DNA of 64,000 bases, taken from Babesia bigemina (taxonomy: Eukaryota). The notes beneath the pieces are model-generated. The model had not been told where the DNA came from. It saw nothing but the letters and a program-made list of their open reading frames with translations, and ran no database searches. The stretch lies in assembly GCF_000981445.1 (NCBI RefSeq), contig NC_027217.1, positions 62,001-126,000 on the forward strand, read 5' to 3'. Numbering within the stretch: position 1 is the first letter of the stretch; the number at the start of each line of letters is the position of its first letter. Of this stretch, positions 43,132 to 56,866 are shown piece after piece. The position numbers were made by a program, and so were the translations under genes.

Positions 43132-45761
43132 TCAGCCAAGGTCTATGATGCGATTCCGAATGTTTTGAATTCTGGCGAAGGTCTTCTCCATGGTTTCTAT
43201 GTTGGAGTTGAGTGTTTCCGCGAGCCACTGGTCGATCACCCGCTTGACGCACTCCTTGTAATTGTAGAGCTTATCGTCCTGGTTGACCCTGTATGCGATC
43301 TGCTTGCACATGTTCTGGGAGCACTTGATATAAACGTGGGTTATGAAGTCGGCAAGTTGTTGCACCGAGGCGTCGTTAAGCCCCGATTGACGCAACTCTT
43401 GCTTCATGGATGCAATTCTGCGTTGGCGTTCCTCGATGTCAGCGTTGTTGCGTTTTATGATCTGCGCTCGTTCTCTTAGGTCCTGCACCCTTTGGTGGAA
43501 TGCGGGCAGGTCGGCAAAGACCTTTTCCGCCTCCGAGTGCAGCTTGTTGTACGCTTCGATCGACTCCCCCAAAGCGGCCTCGAATGCCTTGCGTCCCTTG
43601 AGGTAGAACATAATTTTTGAGTCCACTTCTGATAGCACCTTAACAATCGCAACAGCTTTCTGCAATGATTTATGGCAACATGGTAGGGGAAACTAACCGT
43701 TTTGAAGTCGCTGTTCTTCTTAACAAGCTCTCTGGCATCTTTGAAAGCCTGCTTGGAAAAGGTCTCAGCCTCCGCAGCACGTTGTAGCAGTTTCTGTATA
43801 GAGCTGTTGATGGGCTGGCTCTTGCTGGGTGTAGGTTCCACCTTCGGAGGCGATGCAATCAACGCTCTCACTGTAGCTACCATGGGAAACTCTACGCGTC
43901 TCAACGGCTCATCGGTTGTCTTGCGCTCATAAGAACGATCTAAGAACGACGTTGTACCAACCGAAGTCGCCATGTGCCTCAGTTCCTGATTGGATACAAG
44001 GTAGCAGTACTTGGCCTGTAGCATGTACACCTTGCGATTGACGTCACACCACGTGTCCCAAAACGCATGGTATGTGTGCTTGTGACCTGATTCCGCAACT
44101 ATTAGCGGCTGCGAATGGTAGTACACATGATCCCCTGCGGATCTCGTCTTCACGACGCTCTTGACGTCGATTCCTTCTGCATGTATGGTGAGTACATCCG
44201 TCCCCATTACCGAGTGTGCCAGGCACGTGTTTTCCGATATGCGTATCAGGCTTACACGCGCTTCGCATCTAGCGCTTTGCTTGCGATCGCCGTCAACCTG
44301 TAACTGAGTTAGTCCCGGCTTCGTCCCTGGCAAGGAGAAGTGGGAAGTGCGCGGTGCAACAGGCGTCGTCGACTTATACAGCGTCACTTGGCCGTTGGAT
44401 GCTGACGCCAAGACGACGAGTTCAGGCTCCGTATCGATAACTATCATGGCCTCGAACATGGGCCTGACTGTTTGCTCCGTTTGCAGCTTGTATACCGAAG
44501 GTTCAACTACAACCTCGTCTCCCGCAGTTTCCGCGTCTTTTGATTGCGATACGTTGGCAAGACTCCCCATGAGTAGCGCGACATCCTCGTGAGTGGCCAG
44601 TCGGTCCATCTGCGGAGCCGCTTTCATGCGATAGCCCTTGCCCATGAGGTCCAACGACAGATTCATTATGCCTTTTTTCCTGCTAAAAGTGTTGATGCAC
44701 GCCGGAAGCAAGATTGGGCAATAGGCGAATATCATGCCGTAGTTGGACATAACTAGGAGGGTCATTGTTCGCCAGGTTAGGTCCCCCTCGGCGACCCACG
44801 CGAAGTCCACCACCGACCCCTGGGGGATTGCATCCGGATCGAATTCTGCGTTTTCGTCCCCCGTTCTGCACATCCCTTCGGTGAGCTTTATCGTCATGTA
44901 AGGGGTGTCGATACTCTGCTCCACGTTGTATATGCGTACCACTCCCTGCATCTCCACATTCAGGGGCGTATGCGGCCACGATGCCAGCATCTGCGCATCC
45001 CCATCGTGGCAGTTTCCAGCGGACTCTGAAGCACCGCCTATTAACACGCCATCAGGCGATTTTTCCTTGGCATCGTCGTTGTCACCGCCTTCAGCGCTCT
45101 GCGCAGCATCGCTCTTCGGCTCCATGGTAAGCAGGCATACTGTGTTGGCGTACTGCTGATGGAACCTTGCCTTGACAACCTTGAGCGGCGTATAGCGGCG
45201 CCACCCAGTGCTTCTGCTGAGCACCCGCTCTGCACGGATGATGCAGCTGTAAAGGAGCGCCCGTGTAGCCGTGTCTGCTACGACGTTGTCGTGGTCCATC
45301 TCCGTTGGTATGCGGGCCACGTACACTGCTGATGCGGCTGTGAGCAGCAGCAACGATCCGTTTTGATTGACTTGTATGTTGTGGAAATATCCGTGATTGC
45401 AGGCATCGTGGTCCGCGAGTACCTGGAAGAGGTACTTGGTGATCCCGTCGCGTATGTTCACGAATTCGCACTTTAGCGTTATGAGCACTGAGTATGCTTG
45501 AGTTAGTCCCTGCCTTTTTTTGACTGGCTTTTGCTCTAGCATGGTGAAAACCGCACAGGAATTAAGACATCCCACAAGCCCGTTGTCGCTGGTGGGCGCC
45601 AGTAGCGTGTACTCCGAGCAGGCGTCCATAGTCTGTAGATCGTGGCACTGCCGGTCGATTTCGCGCCTTTTAAAGCGCGCAACGGTGGGCGCATGCTGCA
45701 CCAGCACTCGGTTCTGCAGCTGCTTGATATGCGCCCCGATGACATCAGAGGTGGCCGCCAT
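43132..45761 (-). CDS. Nup82/Nup88-like nucleoporin candidate (beta-propeller + C-terminal coiled coil), 2 exons, ~863 aa
   Basis: Intron 43660-43697 (38 nt) joins the 45761 and 43132 ORFs in frame. Motifs IQVNQNGSLLLL..VYVARIP, KARFH..VCLLT, VVRIYNV, VVDFAW and WRTMTLLVMSNYGMIFAYCPIL, followed by a coiled-coil tail. Confidence 0.6.
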
Positions 45762-46755
45762 CTTGCACCAGACAACACGATCACTAGGGCAACCCCCCCA
45801 AAACTAAAATTGAACAAGCCTTCCTATTGTCTTTCCCAGATCAGCACAGCACTCATTTGACTTTCACAAGCTTTGAACGTCGTTTTTGTGGTATGCTATT
45901 GAAACTGACATTTTGTACCTCCCAGTTAGTGCCTTAAGGCCATCCACGTTCCGCCTTTCTAACACCAGCTACACCCGAGCATAATCCGTGATACTACGTA
46001 TAGCACAGTGTCTCTTTTAGTGTTCACCACCGGTTCTTTTGGATGCGATGTTCCTTCCTCTCTCGTCTGGTACGCCAAGATACAGGACTCAACGTGAGCT
46101 CATTGCCGGCAAACCATCGCACATCGCCGATTTAACTAAGCTTTGTGCTTCAAACGGCAGTAACAACTTGGACTGCCGTACTATTATATGTCTTTACGGG
46201 TGCCAACACGTAGCTCCCCTATGAGCACACTACCACGCAACTCTGGGCGCAAGATTCCCAGCCAAACCTTATTTGTTTAATGTAGCGTCGCGGCAAATCC
46301 ATGCGCGGCTGTCTTCGCCCGCCTGTATGTTTTCTGCGAACTCGCGCCCGTTGCGATTCCTGTACAGAATGGGGAGGGCAGGTGTCGTGGTTTTGCGTTT
46401 TCCTCGAGGTTAAGTCAACTTTTTCTTTTCCGCGGATGCTCCCGTTGGCTTTTCCGCAACCGCGCTATATTACGTGCGCGGCTGTATTTCGGCACGTGAT
46501 GGAAGGCCATAGTCGCTGTTTTCTCACCTCCTTTTAAATTTCGGGGCGTCGCTAGGGCAGTTTGCCCGTCCTATTTATCTATACTTGGTGACATTGTGAT
46601 GATAACAGTGTGTTAGTGCGCTCCTTTCTCCCGTCTATGTGTTTTACGAGCGGCGGTCTGTCTACTTTGAGTGTGGTTGTTGCCTGTGTCGGTAACTGTT
46701 CACGCTTTACGCACACACCTTCGCGTGCTGCGGCCGTATAAACACCGGCTTCAAG

Positions 46756-49700
46756 ATGACGTCGTTGTTCAAGCAGCTCGAAGCGCTGTCTGTGAAGCCT
46801 AACAAGGCTTACAGCCGCTTCCGCAGGTCGTACGCGAGCAAGGAACACTACACTCGCGTGTTGGTTTGCGAGAGTTGGGAGTTCATGTTGGGACTGGATG
46901 CGACGATTGTGGAGTGCGAGGTCCTGTTCCGCAGCTGCCTATCGGATCCCAGCCAGGCGGCGGTGGCAGCGATGGCCGCACGGTCTGCGGCATCTTCCGC
47001 CGAATCTACAGACTCCGCGGATGTTGAGATGACGGACGTGGCCACTGGCCCCAGCTGGCAGGATAAGGAGATCGAGTTTATGTTGGAATCCGAGTTCTTG
47101 GAATGCGAGCGTACGTTGCAGCTGTTTCTAGACCTCTGCACGCCGTGGCTCCTGCACGAGCCATGCCAACACCTCATCGATTTCCTGATATACCAGTTCG
47201 AGCTGGCGAGTCGGTTTGGCGAGATGCTGCTGCTATCACTGCTGCCCATTCACGAGAGCGCATACTTCGTCAAGGTTGCGGAAATGTTGACGTTGCCTGA
47301 CGGTAGCGAGTTGTCGTACTACATCCCGCCGAAGGCCCCTGCAGCCAAAAACGCTGACAATGGCAGCTCCGAAGTGCAAAATACGCGCGTAGGCGTATCT
47401 AGGGACACCATACTGGAGGGAACGGTGCGTTCGTTCAGCAACTACCGGCGCATCAGCGAGACGGTGGAGCGCCTGGCGTTGGTACGCCAGCGTGCCGGAA
47501 CTTATCTGCCTCTCTACACGGTGCTCAGCGTTGCATTTGTTGAGCAGAACCGCGGGAAACTAGGCGACAGCGAGATCCGTTTGCTGCTGAACAACGTGTT
47601 TTCTGGTTTGAAGCGCCCTGATGTCTCCGCGTACTACTCCGCACAGCTGTGCACCTTGACTGTGCTTTTCTGCACGGTGACTGTCACCATATCTGTCCAG
47701 CGCACAGTGGTGACGTGTATGCTCAATCCGCTCCTGTCTGAGCTGCGCGACTCGGACGCCCCGCCTTTTGACCTGCGAATGAAGTTGAAGGACTCCGTGC
47801 TGGTACTGCTTGGCATGCTGCACCAGCAGAAGGAGCGGCTGGACGCGCTCCCGGTCAACACGACACAGCTGCTGCTGACGGTGTTGCATAAATATCCCGC
47901 CATGGTGAACGTGTTTCGCGGCATTGGCGGCTCCGGTGAGGCCTTGGATTTTTCACGTTTATGCAAGGTGCTGACGCTGTCCGTGGTAAAAGCGTGCAAG
48001 CCGTCCGCGAGAGCCGCGCAGGGTGCTGAATCGGCTAACGATTTGGACCTCATCAAGTGGATGGTCGAATTCTTCATGCACCTGGACTACTCGATTTTGT
48101 ACGTACGGGTGATGCTGTACACCCTGATCGACGACCTTGTGGTGTTTGCACTGTCCACCTGTCGTCAAAGCGAGGCACTTTTCCAGTGGGATCCCGTTAC
48201 CATGACGGGCTCACTGAACACGCACCACTGTGACACGTTGTCTGTCTACGGCCGTTTTTTCAGACAGCTGCACGCATCATCATCTGCTGTTTTTGACGAT
48301 GTTTTGCAGCGCACTCTGCAGTCCACGAATCGGTCGCCTGAGGTGCTATCGGTCTTCCTGCTGATCTGCCACAGCGTGAGCGGCGGATGCCCATTGCACT
48401 TTTCCGTTCTGGTCCACAAGTGCTTGGGCAAGGAGTCGCCTACTGGCCCCGCTGCGCTACCGAAATCGGTGGCTGCGGACAACCTGGGGTCAACATTAAT
48501 CTTGTACACCGACCCGAATCTACCGTCGAAGTCACGCTCGCAGCTTTACGGGATGTTGTCGGCTATTATGAATGCGGATTTGCTGTCCACGGTGGACCAC
48601 GGTGCTTTATGCGAGTTTGTCCGCGTAAGCGTATCGGATCCCCAATGCATTCCGCTGTTGTACCGTGATTCGAGGCTGTTGTCACTGTTGCCCTCATCTG
48701 CTGTTATCAGGGTGCTCATATCGCAAATCGGATGCTTGCTCACAGGCTCCGGCCTGTCATTCAGCGCTCCTGCCTCGTTGAAGGCGAAGTCGAAGAGCCA
48801 CATCCCCGCCATGGAGCCATTTTACAGCAAGTGTTTCGAGGTGTTGAACCGGGACTCCCCAGCGTCTAGGCAGCTCTTGTTCGCGCTATCCCTGTTCGCC
48901 GATTTCTACGGCCGCGCCACCATTGATGAGCAGGAGTGTATGCAGCAAGCGTCGCACCACTTCATGCGTCTTCTGCACGTCATCTCCAGAAGCGCCAAGC
49001 ACGCGAAGTCGTCGAAAAAGACAAGCAAGAGTTCTGAAGTGAGCGAATCTGGCGCAACTGAGCATAGTGAGGATGCGAATTCGACGTCGGGATCTGCTGA
49101 TGCCGGACCTAATGACCACGGCAGTGATGCAAGCGACTCAACTGCCATTGCTGCTCCATCGTTGAAAACTATCTGTGACAATTACTTCCGTTCCTCCGAT
49201 TCGGGCGAGCACCGCAGCTACTGCTCAACGATGTCACTGCTGTTCGGTGTTTTGGATTCAATGATGCAGCTGTCCACCGCGACCACGTATGTAAACACCT
49301 CGTCTGGTGAGGATACGTCTGCCACAGGGGCAAATCCGATTTCGTTCGGCAATGACACAGTGTGGTTCAACGAGTGGCTCGTATGCTACGGGCTGTACGA
49401 ATCGTCAGAGTTGCTCAGTGCGGTGTTGAAACAATCCGCATCGTCGACTGGCAATTCAAAGGCTGACAACCATGCCGATGAAGTAGGGGAACCAGGCGTT
49501 ACTTCTAAGGGCAACAAAGCGTCGCACCCAGATATCACCCTATCCGCCGAGGAGTTGCGTCAGCTGTTTTCGTTGAGTGAGGTTGTTTTGTGTTACGCCA
49601 TTAAACTGTACCGCGGCTCCGTGCTGTTGGGCGAGTTGACGTACTTCTTCGCGCAGTGCCACTTTAAGGTGCTTACACTGTGCTCCATCTCCGCACCGCG

Positions 49701-52700
49701 TTTCGCTGATGTTAACGGCGGCTCCAACCCTGCAGAATGCAACGATTTGCCTGATGCGGTGTTCGATCGTGACGCCCTGCTGCTCCACGCGATGTTAACA
49801 TTGTCCAGTGAGGAATTCACGAGCCACTTCAAGGAAGCGTTGTCAACGGCCCCCAAGAGCGTGCAGTCGCGTGTCCACTTGTGGCTGAAGTACTACTTCG
49901 AATTTGGCCATCTGGTCCGCAGTGTGGAGCATCGCCCAGGCCTTCGTCTGGACCTTTACGGCGGCATCATGGACAGCCAAGTGGAAGTTAACCGGTCCAA
50001 GATGACGGTCGCCTTCCGCGGCGTTATCGGCGACGTGCTGGCATTGGGCCCTGCCATGGTATCAGAGATTCTGAACGGCAAAGCGGACCTGCTGTGGCCT
50101 TCGCGTGAGCTTTCTGAGCCCCTTGAGGACGATTGCGGCATAATGCAAATCCCGTACGCGTCTCTATCGGAGCTGGACGGAATCATGAAAATGTACGGTC
50201 GGTGTATGGATATGCTGTCCCACCTGGTGTGCGAATCGTTGCGTGTGAAGGCGTTTAACAACTCGTGCTTGATGATCGATGTTCTCGTTAACTCGCTGGC
50301 GTTCTTGGTTGACAAGGAGCACCTCGTGCGCCGCCCAGCAGTCCTGATGATCTCACGTGCCATGCAATGCTATGTGGACACCCCCGGCAAATCGCCCGCT
50401 CGTTTCGTCGCCGCCTGTGGATATAGCGTTTGCCCTGAGTTCAGTACCGCCATTGCGGCGTTGGAATACCCTTTCAAAGGTTTCGACAAAACTCTGAGGA
50501 AGCTCTGCAGTGGCTTGCTCGAGAACAACGCGCCCTTCCCGAACGTCATGTTCGTCAACCAGCTGTTCAGTCACTGCGCCAGCGAACCCATGGTGCTGTC
50601 ACTGCTGTTCTATGGCTGCATCTTCAGCGGAACTTCGTTGCAGTTCAATGTAGATGTTTTGCGACGTATTGGCGCCAACCTGTCGTCAGATCACGGTGCT
50701 GATGTCTTCTGCACAGCGCTTGCAGGCCTGCTGCCATTTGTCAGGGACTACAAGATCAGCTCACCGAGTGACGTAAGCGTTTTGCACCGTTTCCTGCTTT
50801 GTTTTGCCACATCGGCTTCGAGCGTTGCAGCATTTGGTCTGCATGGCAAGGCCGGATGCTTCGCCACAACGCTTTGCCCAGCCGTCCTGGATACCTTAAC
50901 GACCCTGGTTCACGGCATGTCTGATATGGGCGAGTCTCTGCAGGCTGATATAGATGTAATACGCAAGGTATGCAGTTACTGCGCAGGCGCGTGCATGTCC
51001 ACACTATCGGAAGGCGCATTCTGGTCAGTCAAAGGCGAGGTGCAAAGCAGGCTATTGGAGTCATTTGATCGCGCCTTCGGCTCCATGGAAGCAGCAACTC
51101 GGCTCCTATGTCTGCGTTATCTATCATCATGCTACAACAAGAGCAAGAACGGCGTGAAGTCAGTGGTGTCCATAATCCCGCGCCTGCAGTCTTGTAGCAA
51201 CCATTTCCAGGAGCTGTTCGTGATGGGCATTGTCGACAACTCGCCAGCAGACATGTTGCCGGAAGTGTTCAATGCTGTGTTGCAGCAAGAGAAATCATCT
51301 AAAGGGTGGTTCCACGTGTCGTTTTTACTGCTGCAGCGCTACCTGACCCGCGCCGACCTGAAATCCGACTCTGCGGTTTCTTTGGTTTGCAAGGGCACCG
51401 CATCCTTGCTCGATGGCATCGTGAAGGCCCACAAAGCGGGTGCCGTCCCAACCTCAGCGGGCAGTGCAGCCGAGTCGTCATTGAGTGAGCTTGGACACGT
51501 CGCTGTTTTCATTAACCAGCTCTACCTGCGGCTCCAGCAAGCATCGGGTTCTTTGGACGTCAAGTCAATGCAGAAATTGCATGCTGACGTGTGCCGCTGT
51601 TTGCGTGCGCTATGTAAATTCTACGGAGCAGCTACATTCGATTTTGTTCGTCCATTCCTTTCCAAGATGTGCATCATTGACTACACTCTGTCTTCGTCTA
51701 GCGGCGATGAGGCCAATAAGGGCGACAACTCGACTGACGCGGATTCCCAACCCGCGAAGACGCCCGCTCCTGCCAAATCTGCGACCAAAAGTTGTGCCGC
51801 AATATGTCACCTGCTGATGCAGGTATTCGAGTCCGATAGAAGTTCGTCGGCAACCCTCGGTTTTGCGGAGTTGTGTACGGCATTCCCCGCCGGTCCAAAG
51901 CACAGCTCCAGCGCCACATACAACCAAGGAGCTGGAGGCAAGTCTAGAGGCGCTACCCGTGACAGCTTGGTACCTGACATGTCATTTGCGTACGACGAGT
52001 GGCTTTCCTATGCCATCTACAGCTGTATATGCATATGTCGCCTGGATTCGTCATCACCTGCAGTAACACGCTGCGTCGAGTTGCTGAAATCTTCTGGCGA
52101 CCCCGTTGGTGTGCTGTCAACGTTGGTGCTCACTGCAGTGTCAGCCAGCGCTGAGGAGGAGCCGCGCTTCCCCAGTTGGGTTTCACGTCTGGATGTGCGC
52201 GGCATCATCATGGGCAAACACCTCGACAGCTCTTCTAAGCTTGGATTGGCGTACGATATGCAAAGTTTCGTGCACCAGATCGTCGTGCAGTCCGCAGATC
52301 TATTTGAGGTGGCCATTGATGCGTTGAGCTTCAACGACCGCAAGTCACCGGAACATCGGCGGTACCTGTCGGTGTCTCTGCTGCTGCAATCCCTCAGTAT
52401 CTCCATGGTGTGCTTCAAAAACGTGGGTTCGGATGAAGCGTTGGCCGCTATGAATAAGAAGAAAAAGGGGCTCATGGGTGTCTGTGCTCCATCTACCACG
52501 GCATCGGAAAACACAGACCTGTCATCAACGTCTATTCTGAAGAAGTCCGGCGAAATAATACGGTTGGTGTATGCAGCCAATCCGGAAGAGAACTACCCAC
52601 GTTTGGCTCTGGGTGCCCTGTCGTTTTTCTGGTGCAAAGACCTTGTGTCGTCGCCCTCCGACAACTTCTGGAGCGCTGCGTGTGGCATCGACTTCATGAA

Positions 52701-54880
52701 GCAGCCTTGGGTGTGCGACTACGTGGCCGTCGCTCTCGCGTCTATAAGCAAAAGCATCGGCCACAAGTTCGGGTTATCCACGAAACCTCCCATGTCATCG
52801 GCAGCTGCTGCGTTTAGCAAGGAACTATCCATCGTGCTCGCCAAGTTGGCCAAGGTGCTTTCCGACTTCTTGTCGGCGACTGATGCGTGCATCCTGGTCA
52901 AGAAGCAGGACGATGCGCTGCAGCTGCTCGTGGGCCGTTCCCGCAAGAGCGCGTGGAGAACGCTGATAGGCCTGTGCTATGGCCTGTCAGGAGAGTGGGT
53001 GTTGCACAGTTTCGCTTTGGCCCGATCTCGTGTCGAGCTCCTGCTGCAGCTGAAAGCGTTCAACCATTATGTGGTGCTGGATTTCGTGAACGCTGTGAAG
53101 TTGTGCATCCGTTTGGTTGCGTGCGGTGAGGCGGAAGAGGAGAGTTTCGACATTCAGCTTGTGCAGGGCCTCTCGTGCTCGCTGGCCAAACTGACGGCTC
53201 AGCTGGTCGAACGCCATCTCAGCAACGTGTCACTGTCTGCTTGCGTATTAGGCTTGATGTTGCTCCTCAGGCGCCGGTTTGGAAAGGCCACCGGCGACGA
53301 GCTGCTTGAGGCTATAATGAATTTGCTGGTGTTCTTCAGCAGCCCTAGTCCGGTGGAAGAGCGTTTCTCGCTCCCTGCTGAAGAGGAACTGCTCACTGAC
53401 CGCAAGCTGGCCAGTGTGTGCTCCGACATGTTTGAGGACCTGCTCCAATGCAACTCCGACAAAGTTTCCAAAGCCATAGTCGCTGCTTCTGACAAGATCA
53501 TACTTGGAAAGGCGACGCCTGTGCGTATGGCAACGTTGCTTTCGTTCTACGCCAGCGTGAGCTGCAAGTACTACGACATTCTGCGTCTGGTGCTGGGACT
53601 CGACTTCACGCAGGTCCTATCGGCGATGCGCGACGGCAGCCGTCTGCTGAGTCTCGTGTCGATAAGCCTGCATTATAATCGCATAAAATCGAGGTACGTG
53701 AGCGACCTCGATCGGCTTTACTTTTTAAACGTGAATCTACTGTCCGAATTCGAGGCTGCGTCTGCTAGTGTATCGAATCGCAAGGCCCGTAAGTCCGGCA
53801 AGAGCAGCGCTCCGGCGGAGTCGGACGTGACCGCAGGCGGCGAATCAGCGGCCAGTGACAGCATCGCAACAGCTTCTGGAGAGAATGACCCAAACAGCAA
53901 CGACCCAACACCCGCTTCCGGATTGATGTCGGCGTATTTGGAAGACGCCACTGGATCTCCACGCCTGGATCTTTCATGCCGCCTGTTCAGCGAGCCCAAG
54001 TTGGAGTTTGGCAGCGAGAAAGGCGTGAAATCCTTCGAGGATTGCGCGATCGTCTTCGCCCTCCAGTACTTTTCCAAGATCAGGTCCAGCGACCTCGTGG
54101 AGGTGCTGGCGAAGCACATCGGGTACGTTTTCTGCCAACTCGATTTTCATCGTCTGCAGCGTTTTGAAGAAATCGGACACATCTGCCGAAGGCGCAGCGT
54201 CGCCTCTGCCTAGGGACGGCACACGTCTGCTGCTGCGCATGATCGTGGCGGCACTGGGTGAATACGGCAGCCTGGGCGCGACGCAATTCGTGCTACCTCG
54301 CGTCTACCAGCACCTGAACACGGTGCTCGAGAGCACTGTGGAGGAACTGTGCGCCCCGGTGAGCAAACCCAGCAAGTCGAAAAGCTCGAAGTCTCGCGCC
54401 AACTCTGGCTCAAGCTGGAAGGTGTTCGTTAACGGCGTGCTTGCGTTGCGCGCCATTCGTGCGTGCGTGGAGACCTGGGATTCGAAGCAGGCGTCCGTGC
54501 CTGACATGTGCCTCAACGTTTGGCTGCCAACTCTCGGCAAGGCGTTGGGCGTGTTCGACTTTTTGTCCGGCGCGTGGGAAATCCAGGAGTGGGAGCGCGC
54601 GCTGGAAGGCACTTTCCTGCACCTGTTGTTCGCCTGCTCCGGAGATGCCGACCGCATCGAGCAGGTGCTCTCCGGCGACCTGGTGTCGCGGTCCGAGGTT
54701 TGCAAGTGCCGCGTGCTCAACATTCTGCTTTCGCTATGGGGCAAGGCCAACTTCCACCTTGGCGGCAGCGTGGTGAACATAATGCCCGTGCTGGGCGAGC
54801 TCGCGGACGACGAGAGCGAGGAGGTCCAGCGCCTCAGCGAGCAGCTGAACGAGCGCATCCAGTCATTTTTGAACATGTAG
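46756..54880 (+). CDS. UTP10: U3 snoRNA-associated protein 10 (UTP10/HEATR1/BAP28), 2 exons
   Basis: N-terminus MTSLFKQLEAL; FLDLCTPWLLHEPCQHLIDFLIYQF..LLLSLLPIHESAYFVKV; long HEAT-like body. Intron 54123-54159 (37 nt) joins the last exon with IMPVLGELADDESEEV. Confidence 0.85.
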
Positions 54881-55153
54881 TGGCACGCGTGCTGCGTTGC
54901 CTAATGCAATTTTTATTACAAAACCATTGCATGCTGCGTTTACCGCGCATTGGAAACGTTTTATACGTGACATCAACGCGAAGTGTTGTCCTCATCGGGA
55001 TGAGTGACGTTGCTGCTGACGACACCGTCACAACAACACTCGCCTGCGCAACCCCTGCATACATCACGTCAGCTACCATTAAATTGCGATGAGTCTGCGT
55101 AGCGCTTTAACGAGCGATTGTTGGTTTACAAGAACCACAGTCGGCACGTTCAT

Positions 55154-55921
55154 CTAGTGCGCCGTAAGCTGCTTGACGGCGGCCTTGATGCGCTCTCGCA
55201 CGCCCTTTGCCGCCGCATTAAGCTGGTCATGCTGCTTCTTGTGCCAGTTGTTGCCGATGTTGACCTGCTTGATCTTCGCAGCGGCCTTGCTGAGCGCCTG
55301 TTGCAGCATCTGGTGGTGCCGCTCCTGCACCGCCGCCGCCTGCTGGGCGATGCGCTGCTGCACCTGCGGCGAGTTGGGGCTGGGCATCCGTAGTACAATG
55401 AGGTCATCTTCGTCCGACTGGACGCTCCAGTCGTCGCGCAGAAGCGTCAGTTCCCGCACTATCTTGCTCTTGACCTTGACGTCGAACACGTGCAGGTTGG
55501 CCACTATGGGCGACTTGAACACGACCTGCGCGAGATCCGCCAGCTTGTCCTTGTTAATTTGAATTTCCTCCAGGTCATCCGACGTAACCGCCACGGGCTT
55601 AAGATCTCCCAGTGCCGACAGCGCATTCGCCTCTATCTCCTTGATCCGGTCAAGGTGCTCGTCGATGTCGAAGTATTCCTCGTCGTCGCCGTCGTCACTT
55701 TCGCCATCTTCGTCATCGGATTCCGAACGCGCCACTTGCTTTGTTTTCGCGCGTTTTTGCTGTTTCGCCTTCGATGCGAAATGGTCCCGGTGGGTAAGAG
55801 CATACGGCGACGGCAAACATACCGGCGTCTGCTCAATAACCCGCAATGCCGGTATCCAACGCGACACTGGACCTGCCAGCCGCCTATTGGCGGCGCACAA
55901 ACACAGCCTCCTCAGCAACAT
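55154..55921 (-). CDS. Mitochondrial ribosome recycling factor-like protein
   Basis: Mitochondrial-type leader MLLRRLCL; LEEIQI...LADLAQVVFKSP..LHVFD, IVLRMPSP and a long C-terminal helix resemble the RRF fold. Confidence 0.6.
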   Translation of the reverse strand: MLLRRLCLCAANRRLAGPVSRWIPALRVIEQTPVCLPSPYALTHRDHFASKAKQQKRAKTKQVARSESDDEDGESDDGDDEEYFDIDEHLDRIKEIEANALSALGDLKPVAVTSDDLEEIQINKDKLADLAQVVFKSPIVANLHVFDVKVKSKIVRELTLLRDDWSVQSDEDDLIVLRMPSPNSPQVQQRIAQQAAAVQERHHQMLQQALSKAAAKIKQVNIGNNWHKKQHDQLNAAAKGVRERIKAAVKQLTAH

Positions 55922-55925
55922 CGTA

Positions 55926-56639
55926 CTACAGTTTGAACGTCGGCTCGTAGTCCGGCACCTGCCCGTGGTACGCCGAAGCCGGCTGGGAGTCCCTGCTGCT
56001 GAACACCGGGTAGCGATACGACTTCTTCTCCACCCGATACACCCCGTTCTCGTCTATCAGCAAGCGCCGGGCCTGGTGAGTGCTTTTCTGCGCCACCGGC
56101 CTCGGCACGGTGAACAGCTTGGGGTTGTGTATCGGCCCCTTGAACGACACGAGGATGTTGTCCACTCGCGCAGCGTGCTGGAGCGACCCGCGCACTCGCC
56201 AGGCACACAGGCAGCGGTACGGCGATTTGGAGCAGTGCAGACTACAGCGCGCGCCGCAAGGTCCTTCCTGCTGGAAACGCAGACTCTGCGGGTGGCGAAG
56301 GATGCGCCGGTCCTCAAGCCTAGCCAGGGCGGCAGTGATCAGGAACCTGCCGGCGTTCCTCCAGTCTAGCGGGAATCTGGGCACGAGCGCAGCCGGTACC
56401 TAACGTCGTGATTGATGGGTGATTCACGACAATTTACCTTTGTGGTTGGATATACCGGGTCGTTGAGGTCCTTCTTGTGCTGGTGGTTGCCTGACACTGT
56501 TGAAACAGCTCCAATACTGCCTACCTCGGTAGCCTGTGGGCTTTCTACCCAGTGGAGCTGCTGGCAGAGGGGCCAACTGCTCCTTCGTAGGTCTGGTTGC
56601 GATGCTTCTCCTAATCACGAGGCAGCCGCGAACAGGCAT
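55926..56639 (-). CDS. Basic hypothetical protein, probably mitochondrial, 3 exons
   Basis: Exons 56639-56525, 56490-56438 and 56399-55926 (introns of 34 and 38 nt) give MPVRGCLVIRRSIATRP...PTGYRGNHQHKKDLNDPVYPTTKVPAALVPRFPLDWRNAGR...; Arg/Lys/Pro-rich. Confidence 0.65.
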
Positions 56640-56866
56640 CTTGGCGAATCCCAGCGACACCAGCTCTCATTGAATCAATTGGTTATCCATTTTAGTACTG
56701 TATTGGCGTCCGAGTCGCACGCGTCAGACAGCTGCCGCGCCGGGATCCGCCCACGATGTGTAGCCTTCCGTCGTGCCGCAGAGCTCAGTGAGCGCTCAGC
56801 AAAGACCAGATTAGTGAATAAAAGATTGAATTACATCGGTGACGTGTCACTGTGTGGCGGCAATGG

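Noticed and set aside
43476..43697. Overlap of ORFs 43476-45761 and 43132-43665
   Set aside because: A 38-nt intron (43660-43697) joins them; not a frameshift.
54123..54213. Apparent frameshift or split of UTP10 into two ORFs
   Set aside because: Explained by a canonical 37-nt intron (54123-54159) that restores the frame.
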